Below are positions 1-7,007 of a DNA stretch of 13,177 nucleotides, piece by piece. Location of the stretch: contig RDNZ01000059.1 of assembly GCA_011364905.1 (NCBI GenBank), forward strand, positions 1 through 13,177, in the 5' to 3' direction. This DNA comes from Candidatus Thorarchaeota archaeon. GTDB taxonomy: Archaea; Asgardarchaeota; Thorarchaeia; Thorarchaeales; Thorarchaeaceae. The notes below the pieces were generated by a model. That model worked only from the letters and a program-made list of their open reading frames with translations. It was not told the DNA's origin and ran no database searches. The position numbers and the translations under genes were made by a program. Each line of letters opens with the position of its first letter. Within the stretch, counting starts at the first letter, position 1.

Positions 1-734
1 CTTGCTATATCTGCCCAATATGCTCCTTCATGATAATACCCAACTGGATATGCCATCAGGATTTGACTGCCTTGTGGAGCTGCGGGATCTGGTACTAGAA
101 GCATATCAACATTGTAGTAGGCAAGAAGTTCAACTCCTCTATCCTTCATTATTGTGGCCACTTCTGTGCTACCCAGAAGTCCATCTTCTTCTGCGTTCCA
201 GGCGCCAAAGTAGATGTCCAAGGGCCAATTGTACCTTGACATTACTCTAGCAAGCTCCAGAGCAGCAGCGACACCTGTGGCATCATCATTTGCTCCTGGC
301 GCAGCTGGCACCGAGTCATAATGTCCTCCAATCATCAGAGCTGGCGCATCCACAGGTAGGTATCCAGGAAGTTTCCCTAGCACTGATGCATAGTGCCCAA
401 GTATTTCGACCTCAATCCTACCATTTGAAACCTCTTTCAACTGCTCAGCAATCCAGTTTCTTGCAGCAATGTTTTGATCTCCCAGTTGTGAAGGGTATCC
501 AGCTGGTCTTGAACCGTTCTCTGTTAGTTGAATGATGAAGTTTCGATAACTATTGATTGATACAGTGTTGAACACCTGTTGTGACAAATCGATTCCATAT
601 ACTCTCTGGATATCATTGGCTGCTGCTGGAGCATAGAGACCTGAATTGGTAGTGTCTGTTTTTCCTGGTCTGCTATAGATTGGACTAATGAATAGAAACA
701 GACAGATGAAGTAGATTGAGATTACTCGTTTCAT
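1..734 (-). CDS. M28-family zinc metallopeptidase, secreted/surface; catalytically intact; 3' end truncated by window edge
   Basis: Absent from the ORF track because it runs off the edge. ATG at 734 with GAGGA upstream, 13 nt after the stop of the 748..2583 gene. My translation: MKRVISIYFICLFLFISPIYS (signal-like)...[70 protein letters not shown]...YYNVDML. These are the canonical M28 HxD, GAxDD, EE and NxD motifs. Confidence 0.9.
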   Translation of the reverse strand, partial: MKRVISIYFICLFLFISPIYSRPGKTDTTNSGLYAPAAANDIQRVYGIDLSQQVFNTVSINSYRNFIIQLTENGSRPAGYPSQLGDQNIAARNWIAEQLKEVSNGRIEVEILGHYASVLGKLPGYLPVDAPALMIGGHYDSVPAAPGANDDATGVAAALELARVMSRYNWPLDIYFGAWNAEEDGLLGSTEVATIMKDRGVELLAYYNVDMLLVPDPAAPQGSQILMAYPVGYYHEGAYWADIA

Positions 735-747
735 ATACTATCCTCGT

Positions 748-2583
748 CTAGCTCCAAGGGTCCTTGCGTCTGCGAATATAAACAAATGCACCGATTAAAG
801 CAATGATGCCTATCGGAGCTGTAACCAACTCCCTTGGGATTTCCATTGGTTGGGGTGTTTGCGGATCTGAGTTGTTCAGGTACTCCTGAAGATTAGTGAG
901 TCCGTCACCATCCGGATCCAGTCCTGCATCGTTTACCAGTGGGTCCAATCCATGTTCAAGCTCCCAAAGATCTGGCATACCATCATTATCGGTATCTGGT
1001 GAGAATGGGTTGAGACCTGCCATGTATTCCTGCGCATTGGTCAATCCGTCTCCATCGGCATCTTCTCCACCATCAGATGGGTCTCTCGGATTGAAGCCAT
1101 TGTCGACCTCATATTTGTCGGGCATCTCATCATGGTCTGTATCCGCAAGCGTCATGTTAGTTCCCAGAAGAATCTCTTCTGCATCGCTTAACCCATCAGA
1201 ATCTTGATCGGAATTAAAGAGGGAACTATTAATCCAGTACTCCTGACTGTCCAAAATACCGTTTCCCTCGATGTCAGTTTCCATTGAAACATTGAGCTCA
1301 TACCCAACTACCCTGGAATCGCTGTTATACACAATCAGAGTATACTGTCCATTCTGGTCGACATACTGACTCATAACTTCTGTAGGACTCCAAGCTGAGG
1401 TGTGGTTGTACTCTCTAGATGAAACCACTGAACCTCCAGGGCTCAACAACAAGAAGGAAGATGTACCTCCAAACCACCTTGCTGAAATGTTGACGAAGGT
1501 TGGGGTTGTCACTGTGATATAGATCTGCTTGTCAACATTACTTGCAAGGGTGAAGTCAAAAGTGTTCATCAACGGTTTGCCCAGTCCACGACTCATTGTG
1601 TAGGCTATACTAGCTCCAATAGCAGCCGTTGTTGCCACACCAAGACTGTAACGATAGTTCCTATTGTCCCATTGATCAGTAGTGCTGTGATAGGCGCTAT
1701 CCACCGCTCTTCCTGACTCGAAAGCGCACATCACGTTTGAAAAACCTCTCTCATAGAAGGCGTATTGATCAGACGAACTCCAGAGGTAGAAACTTGATGA
1801 GGGTACTGGAACAATCCTGTTCGTCCCAATATTGTTGCTCATCTGCCGCGCAAGTTCTGCCCAATATTGGCCATTATAGTATGATCCTACAGGATACCCA
1901 ATCTGGACTCTTTCATCCACCGGAAGACTGGGATCTTGTACGAGTAAGGTGTCAAAATTATACAACATCAAGAGATTAATTCCTCTCTGTTGAAACATGT
2001 TTGCAACCTGGGGACTCCCTTCCATTCCACTAAATGTGAAGAGTCCATTAAATGCAATGAAGTAGATGTCGAGAGGCCACTCATACATGGAAAGCACTCT
2101 TGCGAGTTCGAGAACAGCAGCAATACCACTACCGTCACAATTTGCCCCAGGCGAGCCTTGAGCAGAGTCATAGTGTGCACTAACTGCAAAAGCTGGATTG
2201 TTACCAGGAAGGTATCCTGGAAGCTTACCTACAACATTCAGGCAATTTCCGACTACTTCGGTTTCAATTCTCCCATTTGAGAGGTCGTGCAACTGTTGAA
2301 TGATGTAGTTACGGGCATACTTGTTATTGCCTTCTGAAGCCATTGAATAGTCCATTATCCATCTTGATCCATTCTCAGTCAGTTTCTGAACAAAACCTCT
2401 ATAGTTTGATTCCGAAACACTCCAATATACCGATTCCGAGAAGTCTTGGCCGTATACTCTTGGAAAAAAAGTTACAGGCGAGTCAGAAGAAGCTTTACTG
2501 TTATCTACTGAAACATTAATGCTTGACGTAGAAGGTGCGAGGAGTAATAGTAATACTATCCACAAGACCCCAAGCTGTTTCAT
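748..2583 (-). CDS. M28-fold surface protein with degenerate active site, probable beta-sandwich domain, six DxDxDG (TSP3-like) repeats and C-terminal TM anchor
   Basis: Start more likely ATG 2583 ([21 protein letters not shown], signal peptide) than 2604; 611 aa. Motifs [30 protein letters not shown]. Closely similar to the downstream paralogue ([28 protein letters not shown]). Ends with a hydrophobic helix followed by RRRK. Confidence 0.88.
   Translation of the reverse strand: MKQLGVLWIVLLLLLAPSTSSINVSVDNSKASSDSPVTFFPRVYGQDFSESVYWSVSESNYRGFVQKLTENGSRWIMDYSMASEGNNKYARNYIIQQLHDLSNGRIETEVVGNCLNVVGKLPGYLPGNNPAFAVSAHYDSAQGSPGANCDGSGIAAVLELARVLSMYEWPLDIYFIAFNGLFTFSGMEGSPQVANMFQQRGINLLMLYNFDTLLVQDPSLPVDERVQIGYPVGSYYNGQYWAELARQMSNNIGTNRIVPVPSSSFYLWSSSDQYAFYERGFSNVMCAFESGRAVDSAYHSTTDQWDNRNYRYSLGVATTAAIGASIAYTMSRGLGKPLMNTFDFTLASNVDKQIYITVTTPTFVNISARWFGGTSSFLLLSPGGSVVSSREYNHTSAWSPTEVMSQYVDQNGQYTLIVYNSDSRVVGYELNVSMETDIEGNGILDSQEYWINSSLFNSDQDSDGLSDAEEILLGTNMTLADTDHDEMPDKYEVDNGFNPRDPSDGGEDADGDGLTNAQEYMAGLNPFSPDTDNDGMPDLWELEHGLDPLVNDAGLDPDGDGLTNLQEYLNNSDPQTPQPMEIPRELVTAPIGIIALIGAFVYIRRRKDPWS
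862..1275 (-). repeat. Six Asp-rich DxDxDG-type repeats (thrombospondin type-3-like, probable Ca2+ binding) at protein level
   Basis: Units [72 protein letters not shown], most followed by GxN/DP. Confidence 0.85.
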
Positions 2584-2653
2584 AGTATCCCGCCCGATGC
2601 ACAACCCTTGATGAAGGTTGCCCTAGAAGCAAGGAGGGGTAGGTATTTCAGGG

Positions 2654-2662
2654 TTTTTTATA
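2654..2662 (+). promoter_or_regulatory. Candidate TATA box in the divergent intergenic region between the M28 and HD genes
   Basis: TTTTTTATA ending 33 nt upstream of ATG 2696, consistent with archaeal TATA spacing for a short or absent leader. Confidence 0.4.
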
Positions 2663-2695
2663 CACTTCAAATGACCAAAAAAGGTTGAATGAGAT

Positions 2696-3970
2696 ATGCC
2701 GTTGACAGACTTTTCCACCGTTGCCAAGATTAAAGACCCTATACATGGATATGTTTCCTTAACCGCTCTGGAGAAGGAAATCATTGACCTGCGTCTTAGT
2801 CAGCGTCTGCGGTACATCCAAGGACCTGCTGGTTTGTCCTTGGTCTATCCGGGAGCCGCTATTTCTCTGATGGGTAGGACATTCGGTTTTATGCACATGA
2901 CCGAGATCTTTCTTGAGTATTTAGGTGCTGGAGTTGAAGAAGTTCTCAAAGGAAGATTAGCGGCGTTACTTCTCATGTTAACAAATGGCCCCTGGGCAAA
3001 TGTGTCTGAGGAGTATCTTTCCGTACGTGGGATCGACCGAACAAAGATTGCCGAAATAATCCTAAAAGAAAGTCAAGTTGGCGAGTTTGTTACGAAACAC
3101 GGGTATGCGTTGAATGAGGCAGTTGATTTTGTTCGCAAAGGAATACCGATTAAGAGCTATTTGATTGACCTCATCCACTGTCCAATCAATCCAGAGCTGA
3201 TTGATGACCTTGAACGCGATTCCTATTTTGCAGGAGTTGAATATGCTCAGTTAGAGTTCAGGAAACTATTCTCTGCCACACGAATTGCGAAGAATAAGAT
3301 TGCTGTCGAACGAAGTTCTCTATTCACGCTGGAGTCGTATCTTTCTGCCGCAGCGAATATGTTCGAAGCGGTTTATTTTCATAAGACTGTCCGAGCCGCT
3401 GAACTCATGCTGCTCAGGGTGCTTGATGAAGCTGGGTCTCAACTGTTTTCCTTACCCACTGAAGATTCAGCCTCGTTCATGGTGTGCGATGACCTCTCTT
3501 TTCTCTATCGTCTACTGCATGTCACGCCTGATGACTCAGATGAGTTAAAAACCGCAAATCGCATCTTTGATGATTTTAGAAGACGGAATCTCATAAAGCT
3601 CACCAGTTCTAGAGCAATATCTGACCCAACTTTCTTGGGGAAGCTATCCACCGCAGATGGGTTGTTCGAATTGGAGAAAGAGATTGCTGAGAGTGCGGGG
3701 ATCGACCCAGGAAATGTCTACATTGACTATCCTGATAGAGTGTCAGTCACATTCTACCCGAGTAGGTTCGGGTTTGAAGACCTTGCGCTTTTTGAAAGGG
3801 GATCTAGCGGCTATGAGTTTTGGCACGCTACTGACCTTAGTCCTATAGCACGAAGCTTCTCAAGGATTCTAAAACCAGTTCGAGTCTATACAACCCGCGG
3901 CTACAGGACTCGAGTAAAGAAAGCAGCAGACAGTCTTCTTGAGAGTGTCGATGCAGCTGGTATACAATAG
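2696..3970 (+). CDS. SAMHD1/dNTP triphosphohydrolase-like HD-domain protein, predicted catalytically inactive
   Basis: Family landmarks IKDPIHG, IID, QRLRYI, VYPGA, RLAALL, GP, ERDSYFAGV and MFEAVYFHKTVRAAELML are present. The HD dyad position reads LM and the HxRxEHS segment reads ISLMGRT. Confidence 0.85.
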   Translation: MPLTDFSTVAKIKDPIHGYVSLTALEKEIIDLRLSQRLRYIQGPAGLSLVYPGAAISLMGRTFGFMHMTEIFLEYLGAGVEEVLKGRLAALLLMLTNGPWANVSEEYLSVRGIDRTKIAEIILKESQVGEFVTKHGYALNEAVDFVRKGIPIKSYLIDLIHCPINPELIDDLERDSYFAGVEYAQLEFRKLFSATRIAKNKIAVERSSLFTLESYLSAAANMFEAVYFHKTVRAAELMLLRVLDEAGSQLFSLPTEDSASFMVCDDLSFLYRLLHVTPDDSDELKTANRIFDDFRRRNLIKLTSSRAISDPTFLGKLSTADGLFELEKEIAESAGIDPGNVYIDYPDRVSVTFYPSRFGFEDLALFERGSSGYEFWHATDLSPIARSFSRILKPVRVYTTRGYRTRVKKAADSLLESVDAAGIQ

Positions 3971-4032
3971 ACAGCTCCATTCCAAAATACATAATATACA
4001 TCAAGTCATTCTATGCACATTTGGTGAGGATA

Positions 4033-4524
4033 ATGAGTGATAAACCATTAGATGTATTTCAGCAGTTGATTACATCACCCAATTTCATCATGATCTTGGT
4101 TGGAGCAATCATCTGGTACTTGGGCTATTTTGTGCCCTGGATTAACCATTTCTTTACTGTTGCTGGGTTCGGATTAGCCTGCATAGCAACAGTGCAAGCG
4201 GCCATGACTAGACCAGTCACGTCTTCATTTCCTGGATTGTTGATTGGCGGTCTCATACAGGTATTGGGATATTATATGCTCCCATACCCTCTTGTGGGAA
4301 AGGTCATTGGAGGAGCTTTGGTAGTTTTCGGTGGAATTATGATTCTCTTCTACGGTTCTTCTCTGGCATTGCAGAGAATAGATATTCCCATAGTTAAGAA
4401 CCTAGAGGACTTCATTGACTCGAGAACGAAGAAACCTGCACCGAAGAAGAAAGAAAAAGTTGTCGATGTAGAAGAGGAAGAAGAAGAAGAGGAAGAAGAA
4501 GAGGAAGAAGAATCATCTGAGTAA
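4033..4524 (+). CDS. Small integral membrane protein (about 4 TM helices) with Lys-rich then poly-Glu C-terminal tail; unknown function
   Basis: ATG 4033 preceded by GGTGAGGA SD (ORF track starts at TTG 4021). Four hydrophobic segments. Tail is RTKKPAPKKKEKVVDV-E14-SSE. Confidence 0.8.
   Translation: MSDKPLDVFQQLITSPNFIMILVGAIIWYLGYFVPWINHFFTVAGFGLACIATVQAAMTRPVTSSFPGLLIGGLIQVLGYYMLPYPLVGKVIGGALVVFGGIMILFYGSSLALQRIDIPIVKNLEDFIDSRTKKPAPKKKEKVVDVEEEEEEEEEEEEEESSE
4471..4512 (+). repeat. (GAR)14 trinucleotide tract encoding 14 consecutive Glu
   Basis: gaa gag gaa gaa gaa gaa gag gaa gaa gaa gag gaa gaa gaa, in frame, three codons before the stop. Confidence 0.95.
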
Positions 4525-4604
4525 ATCGACCTTCTATGTCAACAAATAGCTGGCTCTAGCTCTTTAAAATGGAGGCTCGCCGGAAGTTCCCTTAATAGTG
4601 TATC

Positions 4605-6932
4605 ATGGAAGTCACAAGTCCCCAATTACTCTCGCTCTTCCAGTGGTGCATTATAGTGTTCTCATGCAATAGGTGCGGCGATCCCCTATACATTCGTAGT
4701 GCTGAGATGAAGGACAAGATTTTGACAATGGATGTCCAATGTCTTAGAGGGCATAAGAGCGTCCGAAGACTTTCTGAAAACCAAGCCAATGAAATGGCTC
4801 ATGAGGTTTTCAAGAAACTGTATACTTGCACTGACTGTGGTTCGAATATGACCCTGATTGAAGAGCGTGGCCAGGGGAATAGCATTGAAGGTGTGTTTCT
4901 TTGCCCGATACATGGTCCGGAGAATAGAGAGTTCCCTCGGTCATTTCACGCTACAGTTGAACTAGCCGGTGCAGAGGTGAACAGCCCTCGTTCAATCATT
5001 GATTCTTTCAGGTGTCCTCAATGCGGTCTAGTGTATGCAGTGAACATCATAGATCAAAGGCGTGGTATCCTAGAGGTTGAAACTCGATGTGCCAATGGCC
5101 ATAGGACAACAAGATACTTACCAAGTAGCCTTGACACATCATTGCTCAAGAAAATTCTACAGCGAATTGTGCATTGCGACAAATGTGGATTGCCCGGACA
5201 TATCACAGAAGTAGAAAATCGAGGAAACACCACTCGACTTACGACAACTTGTCCAATTCATGGAGCAGCAAAGAAGGAGATTCTTTCAACTCAACTGGAC
5301 CTTCTTCAAGAGGCAATATCCGAAATTCCTGAAGATGCAGTTGTGAAGTCATCACTAACCTCCAATGACTGCAGTCATGCATTAGCAATCCGGAGCATCG
5401 AGGCGAACAAACAAGGATACAAACTGAAATGTGTTTGTCCTGGAACTAAGCACACTTCCGATAGAATCCTGCCACTCACATGGAGCGAACCAATTGTAGA
5501 TCGAATAGCAGTTGCCCTACTTACGTGTGATGAATGTGGAAGTCTTACTCATATTCTAGACACTAGAAAAACCAAGAAGCGAGTTGGTTTCAGAATTGTC
5601 TGCCCTACTCATGGTGTCATGAATCGCGATGTCCCGCCAGAGGTCTTCAGATATATCAGTGCACACCAAGCAAGTATTGACCGAATGCCATCCATCGTAA
5701 AGAATCTCAGTTGTGAAAAATGCAGTATGCCTCTGAATGTGAGAGATGTTGAGGAACGTCGTGGGTTGATCGAGTTTGATATGGACTGCAGAAATGGTCA
5801 TCGGACCAAAAGATTGTTTGTGCCAGGACTTGACAAAGAAACACTCACTGGATTGTATAAGAGGCTGTACCAATGCCCCGAGTGTTACGAGTCGCTCGAA
5901 CTGGTCTACATTGAGCCTCGCGACCGTGAGGATCGAGTTGTTCTTCTATGTACACTTCATGGTAAGATAGTCCTTGATATTCCACCAGACCATGCACAGG
6001 CAATGCAGAATGCTTACGACGAGCTTCAGAAAGACAAAACCAAACCTCCCATTGAGGCTGCCGAATCCCCCATGCCTGAAGTACTTGAAGCCTCCTCTGC
6101 TCCAGCAACTGCTAGCGAGTCTGGAGTTGTCGTTCACAGGGGATGCGAGATTGTTGGCGGAAAGTTCGACTTCAAGGTGAAAATTGTTAATGATAGCGGT
6201 TATGTTATCACGAACGCTACGGTTTCGATCATCGCTTACCCATTAGACTGTATGGAACTTGCTGGTGAAAGTGTCAAGACAATATCAAGGATTGAGGTGA
6301 GTGGATTTAGAAGTCCACAATTCACACTATATCCAACAAAAGACTGCGTTCAAGGGAAGGTTGTTGCCACTGTTTCCTACATTGACTTCATGGACCAGCT
6401 GCACACCATCAGTGTCGAGCCATATCTGATACGTTCTGTCTGTGATCTTCTTCTGCCATCAAAGAAGACGACAGAAGCTTTTGAGCTTGTGCTATCCGGT
6501 CTTGAAAGGACACAACAGGAACAGACCCTAGACTGGAACTCTCAAGTTCTCTTTACTAAAACTGAGAAGATATTGCCTGCCAAGAACTTTCACATCGTTG
6601 ATACTGAAGAACGAATCGTTGGTGGAGAATTCATTGGAACAATTAGAGGCTATGCAGAAGGCAAATACACTCAGAAAAAGGTCGCAGTTATCATTCTAAT
6701 AAGCGGACCTGAAAATGGGCGCCACTCCTGTGTTAAGGTTGAAGCGCTTGGTGAAGATGTAGCAATGCTACCTACCACCATCGATGAACTAGCAGATACA
6801 ATGGACTCTTGGATTTGTCTTCGTTGCGGTGCTCCATTAGAACCTGAGCAGGTTGAAGAGATGGGTCGCAGACTTCCAATTCGTTGCAAATACTGCGATC
6901 ACACTCTGACCATCGCACTTTATCTCCAATAA
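4605..6932 (+). CDS. Multi-zinc-ribbon repeat protein A: 8 C3H modules, Pro/Ala linker, Ig-like plus platform (adaptin/coatomer appendage-like) region, terminal C4 zinc ribbon
   Basis: Long ORF. Modules begin at C21, C75, C137, C191, S253, C308, C370 and C424 (775-aa numbering). Terminal CLRC-x19-CKYC. The true start may be GTG 4656 (GGTG 7 nt upstream; close to the N-terminus of the paralogue). The appendage call comes from an alignment by eye. Confidence 0.8.
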   Translation: MEVTSPQLLSLFQWCIIVFSCNRCGDPLYIRSAEMKDKILTMDVQCLRGHKSVRRLSENQANEMAHEVFKKLYTCTDCGSNMTLIEERGQGNSIEGVFLCPIHGPENREFPRSFHATVELAGAEVNSPRSIIDSFRCPQCGLVYAVNIIDQRRGILEVETRCANGHRTTRYLPSSLDTSLLKKILQRIVHCDKCGLPGHITEVENRGNTTRLTTTCPIHGAAKKEILSTQLDLLQEAISEIPEDAVVKSSLTSNDCSHALAIRSIEANKQGYKLKCVCPGTKHTSDRILPLTWSEPIVDRIAVALLTCDECGSLTHILDTRKTKKRVGFRIVCPTHGVMNRDVPPEVFRYISAHQASIDRMPSIVKNLSCEKCSMPLNVRDVEERRGLIEFDMDCRNGHRTKRLFVPGLDKETLTGLYKRLYQCPECYESLELVYIEPRDREDRVVLLCTLHGKIVLDIPPDHAQAMQNAYDELQKDKTKPPIEAAESPMPEVLEASSAPATASESGVVVHRGCEIVGGKFDFKVKIVNDSGYVITNATVSIIAYPLDCMELAGESVKTISRIEVSGFRSPQFTLYPTKDCVQGKVVATVSYIDFMDQLHTISVEPYLIRSVCDLLLPSKKTTEAFELVLSGLERTQQEQTLDWNSQVLFTKTEKILPAKNFHIVDTEERIVGGEFIGTIRGYAEGKYTQKKVAVIILISGPENGRHSCVKVEALGEDVAMLPTTIDELADTMDSWICLRCGAPLEPEQVEEMGRRLPIRCKYCDHTLTIALYLQ

Positions 6933-7007
6933 AACCGAATTTTGTTTGTACGTAACATCTTTTAGGAACCTCGTAGAACAACTGGGTGTTTCGCCGCCGC
7001 GCGCCAA

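Noticed and set aside
2-535. Plus-strand ORFs 2..250 and 290..535
   Set aside because: Antisense to the clear M28 peptidase gene at 1..734 (-).
896-1207. Ser/Pro-rich 103-aa plus-strand ORF
   Set aside because: Antisense shadow of the Asp/Gly-rich repeats in the M28 gene.
2696-3970. Calling the HD gene a pseudogene
   Set aside because: The ORF is intact and full length, and the losses are concentrated at catalytic positions while structural motifs persist.
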